Shown here: positions 52,859-62,510 of the stretch, piece by piece | Position numbering within the stretch: position 1 is the stretch's first letter | How the letters are laid out: every line of letters begins with the position of its first letter | Assembly: GCA_002070955.1 (NCBI GenBank) | Contig: MWEK01000001.1 | Coordinates: 80,103-144,102, forward strand | Direction: 5' to 3' | Source of the DNA: Planctomycetes bacterium ADurb.Bin069 | Lineage (GTDB): Bacteria; Planctomycetota; UBA8108; UBA8890; UBA8898 | Length of the DNA: 64,000 nt | Program-made: the position numbers and the translations under genes | The notes under the pieces: model-generated | What the model saw: the letters and a program-made list of their open reading frames with translations, nothing else | What the model was told of the DNA's origin: nothing | Databases searched by the model: none

Positions 52859-54919
52859 ATGGATCCCGAGAGAAAGGGTGTTGCGCCTCCCGACGCGCAA
52901 GCGGCGAAAGCCCCGGTTCCGGGGGCGTGCGGGCCGCCCCGCGAGCTCGCCGCAAGCCCGCCGCCCGCGCGCGTGTCCGCCGCCAGGTCTCCCACTGCGG
53001 CGCGTCCCCCCCCGGCGGATCGCGGCGCTCGAATCCGGGCCGCGGCCTTCTCGCCGCCCGTTATCCTCGTCGCCTTCGCCGCCGGCATCGCCTGCGAGGG
53101 CGGCATTCCCTGGTCGGCGGCGGCGTGCGCCTTCGCCGGCGGTTTCCTTTGGGCGGCATGCGTACGCCGCGTGCCGGCCATGATGCCGCCGCTCCTTTTC
53201 CTTGCCCTCGGAGCCTGGCGCAGCGCAAGCCTCCCGGCGCGGCTTCCGCCGCCCGTGCGCGAGCCTTATCCCGCCGCGGTGCAAGGAACGGTGCTGGACC
53301 CGCCTCTACGGGATGCGGAACGCCCCCTCTGGCGTTTCAGCGTCCGGACGGACGGCATCCGCACCGACGTGCGCGCGCCCTTCCCCCCGAACCTGCGCGA
53401 GGGCGACCGAGTCCGGCTGATCGGCGCCTTCGCGCCGCACTGGTACGGCGGGAACCCCGGCGACGCCGCGCGCTTCGCGCGGGAGCGCGCTCGGTGGCGC
53501 TGCGGCGCGATGGCCCTCAAGGCTCCCGGCCAGATCGAGCTCATCGCCCGTGCGCGCGCCCCGGTACCCGTGGTCGCCGCCGCGGCGCGCGGGGCGATAA
53601 GAGAACTCTTCCCCCCTTCGTTGGAGGGGCTCGCGCTCGGGCTGTTCCTCGGCGACCGCCGCGGCATACCGCGGCGCCAGCAAGATGAATTCACGCGGGC
53701 CGGCACGGCTCACCTCCTGGCCATCAGCGGCCTCCACGTCGGGCTCTTCGCTTCGGCCATCTACTTCTTCGCCCTGCGCCTGCTCGGCTCGAGACTGCGC
53801 CGCGGCCGCCCCTGGGGACAGCGCCTCGCTCTCGGCGCCAGCGCGTCGGGCGCCCTATGTTATGCCGTCCTGTCGGGGTACTCGCCCTCGGCGGCCCGCG
53901 CCGCCATCGGCCTCATCCTGGCCGCGCTCGTCCTCCTGCTCGGGCGCCGCCCACGTTCCATGGATCTGCTGTGCGCGGTGGTCTTCACGGTCCTTTACCT
54001 CGATCCCGAGCTCCTCTGGTCGATCTCGCTGCAGCTTTCCGCGGCGGCGGTCGCCGGGATTCTGCGCTTCGGAATCCCGCCGCCCGTCCCGGCCCTCGCG
54101 CGCCGCATCACCCGGCCCACGCGCGCCGGGCGGGCGGTCGCGCTTCTGCTCTTCGCGCCGGGACGCATCTCCGCGGCGGCCTTCTTCGGCAGCCTGCCCC
54201 TCTCGGTCCATCACTTCGGCGCGTGCCACCCTTGGGGCATCGCCGCCAGCATGGCGACCTGTCCCCTCATGGCCGTGACGCTCACCTGCGGAGGCTGCGC
54301 GATCGCGTGCGCGCCGGGCTCCCTGCTCCTCGCCAAAATCCTCGCGCTGCCTTCCGCGCTCGCCCTGCACGGCATTGTCGCGTGCAACTCGCTCTTCGCG
54401 TCGCTGCCCTGGGACACCGTCCCCTTTCCCGCGACCCGATCCGCTTTGATCGGCGCCGCCGTTCTCAGCCTGCTTCTGCCCCGGGCCCGCGCGGCCATGG
54501 GCTGCATGCTCGCGGCCTTCGCGTGCGCGCTCCTCTTCCCGGCGCCGTGCCGGCTTCCCCAAGGGATGCTCGTCTGCGACTTCCCGGGGAGCCGCGCCGT
54601 CTTTTATCGCGCGGGCGACCGCATCGCGATCCAAGCGGATGGCGTGCGCGCGCGGGATCTCGCACCCGTCCTGCGCGCCCTGGCGCTCGATTCCGCCGAT
54701 GTGCTCGCGGCGCGCCGCCCTCTCCCCGGCCTGCCCCTTACGGCCCGCATTATTCTCTCGGAGCCCGGCGCCGTCAGCCTCGACGCCGACCTCCGCGTCG
54801 AGGCCCTGAGGTCCCCTTCCGGAGGGCTCGAGTTGCGCTTCACGGAAGGCGGCGCCCTCGTCGCGCCGCCGCCGCGGGCGCCGCCCTCTTCCCGCGCCGC
54901 CCGCCCCCCGTTACCATGA
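52859..54919 (+). CDS. comEC: ComEC/Rec2-family DNA internalisation channel (start uncertain; C-terminal metallo-beta-lactamase domain degenerate)
   Basis: DEFTRAGTAHLLAISGLHVG, the competence-domain TM bundle, and a DUF4131-like N-terminus (RFSVRTDG). The C-terminal ~150 aa lack an HxHxDH motif. Confidence 0.75.
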   Translation: MDPERKGVAPPDAQAAKAPVPGACGPPRELAASPPPARVSAARSPTAARPPPADRGARIRAAAFSPPVILVAFAAGIACEGGIPWSAAACAFAGGFLWAACVRRVPAMMPPLLFLALGAWRSASLPARLPPPVREPYPAAVQGTVLDPPLRDAERPLWRFSVRTDGIRTDVRAPFPPNLREGDRVRLIGAFAPHWYGGNPGDAARFARERARWRCGAMALKAPGQIELIARARAPVPVVAAAARGAIRELFPPSLEGLALGLFLGDRRGIPRRQQDEFTRAGTAHLLAISGLHVGLFASAIYFFALRLLGSRLRRGRPWGQRLALGASASGALCYAVLSGYSPSAARAAIGLILAALVLLLGRRPRSMDLLCAVVFTVLYLDPELLWSISLQLSAAAVAGILRFGIPPPVPALARRITRPTRAGRAVALLLFAPGRISAAAFFGSLPLSVHHFGACHPWGIAASMATCPLMAVTLTCGGCAIACAPGSLLLAKILALPSALALHGIVACNSLFASLPWDTVPFPATRSALIGAAVLSLLLPRARAAMGCMLAAFACALLFPAPCRLPQGMLVCDFPGSRAVFYRAGDRIAIQADGVRARDLAPVLRALALDSADVLAARRPLPGLPLTARIILSEPGAVSLDADLRVEALRSPSGGLELRFTEGGALVAPPPRAPPSSRAARPPLP

Positions 54920-56037
54920 CGCTGGTCCGATTCGCGGCCAAACTGCTTCCGGGAGACGCAATGGCGACAGTCTCGCTTCCGTTTCGAACGTTAGCGTGGG
55001 AAGGCGGCATCGATGGCCGCTTCCTTATCCTGGACCAGCGTCGCCTTCCCCGGGAGCAGAAGGAGATCGAGCTCGCCACGGTTGCGGCCGTGCGCGACGC
55101 GATCAAGTCGCTCGCGGTCCGCGGCGCTCCCGCGCTGGGCGCCGCCGCCGCGTACGGGCTGGTCATCGCCGCGCGCGCGGGCGCCGACGCCGCCGGGGTA
55201 AGACAATGCCTGCGCGAGGGGCGGGCATGCCTCGCGTCCTCCCGCCCCACCGCCCACAACCTCTTTTGGGGGCTGGACCGCGTGGCTCGCGCCGGCGACG
55301 GCGTCGAGCAGGACCGCGCGCGGCTGTTGGCGCGGCTCCTGGCGGAAGCCCGCGCCATCGAACGGGAGGATGCCGCCGCCTGCGAAGCGATCGGACGACA
55401 TGGCTTGACCCTGCTCCCCGACCCCGTGCGCGCCATGACGCAGTGCAACGCCGGCGCCCTGGCCACCTGCGGCATCGGCAGCGCGCTGGCGCCGTTGTAC
55501 ATGGCGCACGCGGCCGGCCGCGACGTGGCGGTGATCGCGCGCGAGACGCGGCCGCTCCTCCAGGGCGCGCGGCTCACGGCCTGGGAACTCGCCCAGGCCG
55601 GCATCGACGTCACGCTCATCGCCGATGCCGCCGCCGCCCACTGTCTCGCGCGCGGCAAAGCCAACTGCATCATCGTCGGCGCGGACCGCATCGCCCGCAA
55701 CGGCGACACCGCCAACAAGATCGGCACCTACGAGCTGGCCCTGGCCGCGGCGCGCCACCGCGTTCCGTTTTTCGTGGCGGCGCCCCTCAGCACCTTCGAT
55801 CCCGCCCTGCGCGCGGGCGATGCCATCGTCATCGAGGAGCGCCCCGGCGAGGAGATTTCCGTGATCGGCGGCAGCCTGCGCGTGGCGCCCGAAGGCGTGT
55901 GCTGCGCCAACCCGGCCTTCGACGTGACGCCGGCCGAGCTCATCACCGCCATCGTCACGGAGGAAGGCGTCGCGCGGCCGCCCTACGAGCGCTCCATCGA
56001 TGCGCTGTTGGCCGGCGCCGCCGGCGCGCCGGCGTGA
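54916..56037 (+). CDS. mtnA: S-methyl-5-thioribose-1-phosphate isomerase
   Basis: LILDQRRLP, VRGAPALG, TQCNAGALAT, VGADRIARNGDTANKIGTY. The ATG at 54916 overlaps the comEC stop (ATGA). An alternative ATG is at 54961. Confidence 0.85.
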   Translation: MTLVRFAAKLLPGDAMATVSLPFRTLAWEGGIDGRFLILDQRRLPREQKEIELATVAAVRDAIKSLAVRGAPALGAAAAYGLVIAARAGADAAGVRQCLREGRACLASSRPTAHNLFWGLDRVARAGDGVEQDRARLLARLLAEARAIEREDAAACEAIGRHGLTLLPDPVRAMTQCNAGALATCGIGSALAPLYMAHAAGRDVAVIARETRPLLQGARLTAWELAQAGIDVTLIADAAAAHCLARGKANCIIVGADRIARNGDTANKIGTYELALAAARHRVPFFVAAPLSTFDPALRAGDAIVIEERPGEEISVIGGSLRVAPEGVCCANPAFDVTPAELITAIVTEEGVARPPYERSIDALLAGAAGAPA

Positions 56038-56085
56038 CGCCGCGTCACCACACCGCTCGTCCGGCGGACTTGCGGGGCCGCGCCC

Positions 56086-56577
56086 TCACCCGCGTTCGGC
56101 CGGATCGCTCGCCAAGACCTTCTCCGCCTGAGCCTTCCGCGCCGCCAGCAGCTTGGCGCGCAAGGCCGGGTCGTTCAGCGCCAGGATCTGCAGCGCAAAC
56201 AACGCCGCGTTCGTCGCTCCGGCGGCGCCGATGGCCATGGTCGCCACGGGAACGCCGGGGGGCATCTGCACCGTGGCGAGCAGCGCGTCGCGCCCTCCCA
56301 GCGGGCCGGCCGCCAGCGGAACGCCGATCACCGGCAGCAGGGTCATGCCGGCCACGACGCCCGCCAGGTGCGCGGACAACCCCGCGGCCGCGATGATCGC
56401 GCGGCAGCCTTCCTTTTCGGCGCCGGCCACCAGTTCCCGCACGCGCTCCGGCGTGCGATGCGCGCTGGCGACGTGCAGCGCGTACGCCGCCCCGAACTCC
56501 TTGAGCGTCCGCGCGGCGCCCCCCACGACTTCGAGATCCGAAGCGCTCCCGCAGAGAATCAGAACCTGCATGCTCAC
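56086..56577 (-). CDS. purE: N5-carboxyaminoimidazole ribonucleotide mutase
   Basis: GSASDL, VASAHRTP, AAGLSAHLAGVVAG, PVIGVP. Confidence 0.95.
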   Translation of the reverse strand: MSMQVLILCGSASDLEVVGGAARTLKEFGAAYALHVASAHRTPERVRELVAGAEKEGCRAIIAAAGLSAHLAGVVAGMTLLPVIGVPLAAGPLGGRDALLATVQMPPGVPVATMAIGAAGATNAALFALQILALNDPALRAKLLAARKAQAEKVLASDPAERG

Positions 56578-57470
56578 CCCGTGAACTCCTTCCCGATCAG
56601 GCGGCGGTAGATCGCGGCGTACCGCGCGGCCGTGCCCTCGACCACGTCGCGGGGGAGCGGCGGCGGCGGCGGCCGCTTGTTCCAGCCGGACCGCTCCAGC
56701 CAGTCCCGCAGGAACTGCTTGTCGAAGGAAGGCTGCGCCGCGCCCGGCGCATACTCGTCGCCCGGCCAGAAGCGCGACGAGTCCGGCGTCAACACCTCAT
56801 CGGCCAGAATGCTCGGCCCGCCCGCGCCGTCGGACCCCCACTCGAACTTCGTGTCGCCCAGGATCACGCCGTGCGCCCGGGCGATCTCGGCGGCCCGAAG
56901 GTAGACCTCGATGCTCCGGTCGCGCAGCTCGCGCGCCCTGTCTTTCCCCAGCAGCGCCGTCATGGCCTCGAAGGTCATCTCCTCGTCGTGGCCCGCCGCG
57001 GCCTTGGTCGTCGGCGTGAAGATAGGCGCCGGCAGCCGGTCGGCCTCCCGCAGGCCGGGGGGCAGCGGAACGCCGCACACTTCGCCGCGGGCGCGGTACG
57101 ACTTCAGGCCCGAGCCCGCCAGGTAGCCGCGGACGACGCATTCCACCGGGAAGATCTTGAGCTTCCTCACGAGCAGCGTCCGGCCCTCGAGCGCCGCCTC
57201 GAAAGGCCGGACCTCGGGGGGCATCTCCGCCGCGCGGTCCGTGATGACGTGGTGCGGCACACCCAGCCGCTCGAGCCAGAACATCGTCAGCGCCGTCAGG
57301 ATTCTGCCCTTGCCGGGAATACCCTCCCCCATGACGACGTCGAAGGCCGAGATTCGATCGGTGGCGATAAAGAGGAGCGCGGCGCCCAGATCGTAGACAT
57401 CGCGGACCTTGCCGCGGGAGAAGAGCTTGAGGCCCGGAAGCTCGGCCTTGAGCATCACGCCGTCCGTCAT
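56574..57470 (-). CDS. purC: SAICAR synthase
   Basis: SRGKVRDVY, ATDRISAFD, LGDTKFEWG. Confidence 0.9.
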   Translation of the reverse strand: MTDGVMLKAELPGLKLFSRGKVRDVYDLGAALLFIATDRISAFDVVMGEGIPGKGRILTALTMFWLERLGVPHHVITDRAAEMPPEVRPFEAALEGRTLLVRKLKIFPVECVVRGYLAGSGLKSYRARGEVCGVPLPPGLREADRLPAPIFTPTTKAAAGHDEEMTFEAMTALLGKDRARELRDRSIEVYLRAAEIARAHGVILGDTKFEWGSDGAGGPSILADEVLTPDSSRFWPGDEYAPGAAQPSFDKQFLRDWLERSGWNKRPPPPPLPRDVVEGTAARYAAIYRRLIGKEFTG

Positions 57471-57563
57471 TGGCCACCTCGCCTGCCGCGGCGCGCGCGC
57501 CGCCGCGCGCCCATGCCCGCGAAGCGGGGATGGTACTCGATAGGGCGCGCTCCCGCCAGGCCT

Positions 57564-58067
57564 TCAGCGGGCGGCCGGGAAGGTCAGGCGATTGGCGTGG
57601 CAGAGGGCGCAGGCCAGCGCGTCGCCCGCGTCCGCCGGCCGCGGAGGCTGCGTCAACCGCAGAATACGCGCCACCATGGCCGTCACCTGGCTCTTGTGCG
57701 CCCGGCCGTTGCCCGTCACCGCCGCCTTGACCTCCGCGGCCGAGTAGCCGTACGTGGCGAAACCGCCCTCGGCCGCGGCCAGCAGGCACACGCCGCGGAC
57801 CTCGCCGATGGTGAGCGCGCTCTGGAAGTTGCGGCCGTAGAACACCTCTTCCAGCGCCACCGCGTCGGGCGCGATGCGGGCGAGAATCGCGTCGACGCCC
57901 CGCCTGATCATGAGCAGCCGCGCGCCGCCCTTCAAATCGGGCGGCACGCGCAGGGCGCCGAAAGCGACGGCGCTGAGGGCTTGCGGGCCCTCCCAGCGCA
58001 CGGCGCCCCAGCCCAGGACGTGCGAGCCCGGGTCGATGCCGAGAATCGTCGCCGGTTCACGGCGCAT
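57564..58067 (-). CDS. ruvC: Holliday junction resolvase RuvC
   Basis: ILGIDPGSHVLGWG, LEEVFYGRN, DAGDALACAL. Confidence 0.9.
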   Translation of the reverse strand: MRREPATILGIDPGSHVLGWGAVRWEGPQALSAVAFGALRVPPDLKGGARLLMIRRGVDAILARIAPDAVALEEVFYGRNFQSALTIGEVRGVCLLAAAEGGFATYGYSAAEVKAAVTGNGRAHKSQVTAMVARILRLTQPPRPADAGDALACALCHANRLTFPAAR

Positions 58068-59391
58068 CGCGCGAGGTCCTCCGCCTGAACACGAGCCTGA
58101 GCGGAATCTCGGGGAACGGGAACCGCTCCCTGAGCTTGTTTTCCACGTACCGCCGGTACGCGGGGGGGAACGACCCCGGGTCGTTGACGAAGAACACGAA
58201 GGTGGGCGGCGCCGCCTGGACCTGCGCCGCGAAGTAGATGCGCGGCAGTCCGCGCGACCGTCGCCGCGAGGGAAGCTGCGTGATGGTCTCGGCGATCATG
58301 CGGTTCAGCTCCCCGGTCCCCACCCGGACCTGGGCCTGCTCCTTGAGGGCGAAGGCCACCTCGACGACGCTGCCCACGCGCGCGCCCTCCAAGGCCGAGA
58401 TGCACACGATCGGGGCGAAAGGAAGCCCTGTCAGGCGGGCCGTGACGTACTTGTGGTAGTCTTCGGGCGTCGCTTCTTTCCGCCGGCCGCCCGCGGCCAC
58501 CAGGTCCCACTTGTTGATCACGATGACGCAGGGCTTGCAGGCCTCCACCAGGAGGCCTGCAAGCTGCTTGTCGAGGCGCGCGATCTCGCGGGTCGCATCG
58601 ATGAGGTGCAGGGCGACATCGCAGCGCTCGATGGCGGCGCGGGTGCGGTGCTGGCTGTAGAAGTCCACCGACCCGGCGACCTGCTTCCTGCGGCGCACGC
58701 CCGCCGTGTCAATCACCGTGACCGTCCGGCCGCCCCAGGCGATGCGCACGTCCACGGCATCCCGCGTCGTGCCCGGCGTTTCGCTGACAATGACGCGCTC
58801 CTCGCCGGCGAGGGCGTTCACCAGGGTCGACTTGCCCGCGTTGCGGCAGCCGACGATGGCGATCTTGAGCTCGGGCGGCGGCGGCGGCGCCGCCGGGGGC
58901 AGCGTCTCCATGACCGCATCGAGGAGGCGGTCCAAGCCGCGGCGGTGCGTTGCGCTCACGGCGATCGGGTTGCCCAGCCCCAAGATCCCGAACTCGTACG
59001 CCGCGGGCTCCATGTGCGCCGCGTCCACCTTGTTGACGACCACCGCGACGGCGGCGCCCCGGCGCCGCAGGCGGCCGGCGATTTCGCGGTCCTCGGGCGT
59101 GGGGCCGGCGGTGACGTCCGCGACGAACAGGATCATGTCGGCGCAGGCGATGGCGATTTCGATCTGGCCCTCGACATCCGCTTCCAGGTCATCGCGGTCC
59201 ACCATGCCGATGCCGCCCGTGTCGATCAGTTCGAAGGTGCGGTCGAAATCCCTGATCTCGGCGCTGACCCGGTCGCGGGTCACGCCGGGCATCTTCGCCA
59301 CGATGGCGAGGCGTTCTTTGGCAATGGCGTTAAAGAGGGACGACTTGCCCACGTTGGGCCGTCCGACGATGACCACGCGCGGGAGCGTCAT
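58057..59391 (-). CDS. der: ribosome-associated GTPase Der/EngA
   Basis: Two G domains (GRPNVGKSSLFN; GCRNAGKSTLVN) and a KH-like C-terminus. Confidence 0.95.
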   Translation of the reverse strand: MTLPRVVIVGRPNVGKSSLFNAIAKERLAIVAKMPGVTRDRVSAEIRDFDRTFELIDTGGIGMVDRDDLEADVEGQIEIAIACADMILFVADVTAGPTPEDREIAGRLRRRGAAVAVVVNKVDAAHMEPAAYEFGILGLGNPIAVSATHRRGLDRLLDAVMETLPPAAPPPPPELKIAIVGCRNAGKSTLVNALAGEERVIVSETPGTTRDAVDVRIAWGGRTVTVIDTAGVRRRKQVAGSVDFYSQHRTRAAIERCDVALHLIDATREIARLDKQLAGLLVEACKPCVIVINKWDLVAAGGRRKEATPEDYHKYVTARLTGLPFAPIVCISALEGARVGSVVEVAFALKEQAQVRVGTGELNRMIAETITQLPSRRRSRGLPRIYFAAQVQAAPPTFVFFVNDPGSFPPAYRRYVENKLRERFPFPEIPLRLVFRRRTSRDAP

Positions 59392-61205
59392 TGCGTCTCC
59401 TCCTCGGCGCCGCGGCCCTTCGTCTTGAGCGCGACGAGCAGCGCGGCGACGTCCGCCGGTCTGACCCCCGCGATCCTGCGGGCCTGCCCCACCGAGTACG
59501 GCTTCACCTTCGCGAGCTTCTCGCGCGCCTCGCGCCGCAATCCGGGCACCGCGGCGTAGTCGAAGTCGGGCGGCAGGCGCTTGCGTTCCCAGCGCGCAAG
59601 CCGCTCGACATCCTTGCGCTGGCGCTCGATGTAGCCCCCGTACTTGCCCTCAATCTCGACCTCCTCGAACACCTCGGGCGCGAGCTCCGCCAGGGCGGGC
59701 GCTTCTCCGCAGAGCGAGCGCAAGCCGACCTCCGGCCTTCTGAGAATGCTCAACAGATTCTTCCCCTCCCGGCGCGTGTTGGCAAGGGTTTGGAGCGCCT
59801 CGGCGACGGCGCGGCGTTTGCCCGCGACCCTTTCCGCGGCCTCCCGAGGCTGCAGGCCCAGCGCCGCGCCGCGGTCAAGCAGCCTGAGATCGGCGTTGTC
59901 GTGGCGCAGGAGCAGCCTGAACTCGGCGCTCGAGGTGAACATGCGGTAGGGCTCCGCCGGCGACAGCACGCAGAGGTCGTCGGCCAGAACGCCGAGGTAG
60001 GCTTCGTCGCGGCCCAGAACGAAGGGCTCCGCGCCCCGCACCTTCAGGACCGCGTTGATTCCCGCCAGCAGCCCCTGCCCCGCCGCCTCCTCGTAGCCGG
60101 AGGTCCCGCAGACCTGGCCCGCGAGGTACAGCCCCTCGACGGCCTTGGTCTCGAAGGTGGGCCGAATTTGGATCGGCGGAAAAAAATCGTATTCGACGGC
60201 GTAACCCCACTGTTCGATCGCGGCCCGTTCCAGCCCCGGAATCGAGGCCATGATCTCCGCCTGGGCGTCGCGGGGCAGACTCGTCGAGATGCCGTTCGGA
60301 TAGACCCGATGGGTGCGGCGGCCCTCGGGCTCCAGGTAGACCTGGTGCCGATCCCGGTCGGGGAACTTGACGACCTTGTCCTCGAGGCTCGGGCAATAGC
60401 GCGGGCCCGGGGCGGTGAGGGCGCCGCCGTAAACGGGCGAGCGCCCGAGATTGCGGCGCACGATGGCGTGCGTCCGCGCGTTCGTGTAGGTGACGCGGCA
60501 GGGAACCTGGCGCCGCGCGAGCCGCGCGGTCCCGTGGGAGAAGGGGCGCGGCGGCTCGTCGCCGTGCTGCGCCGCCAGGCGCGCGAAGTCGATCGTGCGG
60601 CCGTCGAGACGCGCCGGCGTGTCCGTCTTGAGCCGCCCCCGCTCAAGTCCCAGTCGGGCGAGGCTGTCGGAGAGCTCCACCGCGGATGCCTCGCCGATTG
60701 TGCCGCCGGGGGTCCGGTCGCCTCCGGTGTGCATCATGCCTCGGAGGTACGTGCCCGCCGTCACGACGACGGCGCGCGCCGCGATCAGACTCCCATCGCT
60801 CAGGCGCACGCCCCGCGCGCGGCCCGCCGCGGCCAGCACGTCGACGGCGCAGCCCCGGACCAGCGCCAGGCGCTCCTGCCGCAGAACGAGGCGCCGCATG
60901 TACGCGGAATACAGCGCCGAATCCACCTGGGCGCGCAGGGCCTGAACGGCGGGACCCTTCCCCGTGTTGAGCATCCGAAACTGAATCCCGCACGCATCCG
61001 CGGCCCGGCCCATGACGCCGCCCAAGGCATCGATCTCTCGAACAATTTGGCCCTTGGCCAGGCCGCCGATGGAGGGATTGCAGGCCATGGCGCCGATCCG
61101 GCGGTCATTGAGCGTGACAAGCACGCACGCCGCGCCCATGCGCGCCGCCGCCACGGCCGCTTCGATCCCCGCGTGGCCGCCGCCAATGACGACGATATCG
61201 GCCAT
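59388..61205 (-). CDS. mnmG: tRNA uridine-5-carboxymethylaminomethyl modification enzyme MnmG (GidA)
   Basis: ATG at 61205. DIVVIGGGHAGIEAA, MACNPSIGGLAKG, GQVCGTSGYEEAAGQG. Confidence 0.95.
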   Translation of the reverse strand: MADIVVIGGGHAGIEAAVAAARMGAACVLVTLNDRRIGAMACNPSIGGLAKGQIVREIDALGGVMGRAADACGIQFRMLNTGKGPAVQALRAQVDSALYSAYMRRLVLRQERLALVRGCAVDVLAAAGRARGVRLSDGSLIAARAVVVTAGTYLRGMMHTGGDRTPGGTIGEASAVELSDSLARLGLERGRLKTDTPARLDGRTIDFARLAAQHGDEPPRPFSHGTARLARRQVPCRVTYTNARTHAIVRRNLGRSPVYGGALTAPGPRYCPSLEDKVVKFPDRDRHQVYLEPEGRRTHRVYPNGISTSLPRDAQAEIMASIPGLERAAIEQWGYAVEYDFFPPIQIRPTFETKAVEGLYLAGQVCGTSGYEEAAGQGLLAGINAVLKVRGAEPFVLGRDEAYLGVLADDLCVLSPAEPYRMFTSSAEFRLLLRHDNADLRLLDRGAALGLQPREAAERVAGKRRAVAEALQTLANTRREGKNLLSILRRPEVGLRSLCGEAPALAELAPEVFEEVEIEGKYGGYIERQRKDVERLARWERKRLPPDFDYAAVPGLRREAREKLAKVKPYSVGQARRIAGVRPADVAALLVALKTKGRGAEEETQ

Positions 61206-61207
61206 GC

Positions 61208-62488
61208 TCACCCCACGCGGCCCAGCTCGGCCCAACGCGCGAAGAACCCCGGGAAGGACTTGTCGACCACGCCTGGGGCGGCGATGACGACGCCGGGGAT
61301 GCGCAGCCCCGCCACCGCGGCGGCCATGGCGATGCGATGATCGTTCCAAGTGTCGATCAGGGCGCCCCGGAGCCTCCGCCCCCCCTCGATCGCGAGGCCG
61401 TCGGGCCGCTCCTCGACGTGCGCCCCGAGCTTGCGAAGCTCCGCGGCGACGCTGGCGATGCGATCGCTTTCCTTGATCCTGAGGTGCGGAACGCCGCGGA
61501 TCTCGGTGCGCCCCGCGGCGAAGATCGCCACCGCCGCGATGGTGGGCACGACATCGGGAAACGCCGCCGCGTCCACCGCGACGCCGCGCAGCGGCCCGCC
61601 GCGCACGGTCGTCGCCTGAACGGTCCGTTCCGCGCGGCAGCCCATGGACACGAGCACATCCACGAAAGCCGCATCGCCCTGGCGCGTCCCGCGCCCGAGG
61701 TTTTCCACCGTCGCCGTACCGCCGGTGACCGCCGCGGCGGCGAAAAAATAGCTCGCGCTGGAGGCATCGGGCTCGATGGGATAATCGCGGCCGGCGTAGC
61801 GGCCCGGCGCGACACGGAACCGCAACGGATCCTCCCGGACCTCGATTTTGACGCCGAAGCCCTCCATGACGGCGACGGTGAGGTCGAGGTAAGGCCGCGA
61901 AACCACCGCGCCCGTCACCTCGAGCTCCAGCGCGCTCGCGCCGTAAGGCGCCGCCATGAGAAGCCCGCTTGCGAACTGGCTGCTTCGGTCGCCCGCAATC
62001 GCGACGGCCCCGCCGCGCAGGCGCGCCGGACCGATAGCCACCGGCGGGAAGCCGCGGGTGTCGCGGACATCCGCTCCGAGCGCCGTGAGCGCGGCCGTCA
62101 GCTCGCCGATGGGCCGCGCGCGCATGCGCGCCGTGCCATCGATGGTGTAACGGCCCTCGGCCACGGTGAGCGCCGCGGTTAGAAAGCGCATGGCCGTGCC
62201 GGCGTTGCCCACGAAGAAAGCGCCGCGCCGCACCGGAAACTCCCCGCCGCGCCCGCCCACCTCGGCGCCCTGATCGGTGAGCGCCACGTCCATGCCGCAG
62301 CCCGCGAGGGCTCGGGCCAGGTGTTCGGTGTCCTCGCAGCGCAGAAGCCCGGGCAGCCGGCTCCTTCCCTCGGCCAGCGCCGCCGTGATCAGAGCCCGGG
62401 CGCTGAGGCTCTTGGAGCCCGGCACGGTGCCGCGCCAGGCGATGGGGCCGGCGGGAGCGATGACAACGGATTCCTGCGAGCGCGTCAT
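61208..62488 (-). CDS. aroA: 3-phosphoshikimate 1-carboxyvinyltransferase
   Basis: VPGSKSLSARAL, GNAGTAMRFL, DHRIAMAAAVAGL. Confidence 0.9.
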   Translation of the reverse strand: MTRSQESVVIAPAGPIAWRGTVPGSKSLSARALITAALAEGRSRLPGLLRCEDTEHLARALAGCGMDVALTDQGAEVGGRGGEFPVRRGAFFVGNAGTAMRFLTAALTVAEGRYTIDGTARMRARPIGELTAALTALGADVRDTRGFPPVAIGPARLRGGAVAIAGDRSSQFASGLLMAAPYGASALELEVTGAVVSRPYLDLTVAVMEGFGVKIEVREDPLRFRVAPGRYAGRDYPIEPDASSASYFFAAAAVTGGTATVENLGRGTRQGDAAFVDVLVSMGCRAERTVQATTVRGGPLRGVAVDAAAFPDVVPTIAAVAIFAAGRTEIRGVPHLRIKESDRIASVAAELRKLGAHVEERPDGLAIEGGRRLRGALIDTWNDHRIAMAAAVAGLRIPGVVIAAPGVVDKSFPGFFARWAELGRVG

Positions 62489-62510
62489 GTCGTCACGCGC
62501 GGCCGCGCGC

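Noticed and set aside
53857-54915. N-terminal 353 aa of the 726-aa track ORF containing mtnA
   Set aside because: This part is Arg/Pro-rich and overlaps comEC out of frame. MtnA similarity begins at the ATG at 54916 or 54961. The same trimming logic was applied to 43383-44651 (udg), 13544-14839 (hisC), 17353-17979 (queD), 45785-46459 (coaD), 59388-61349 (mnmG), 51994-53181 and 1410-2522 (mglA).
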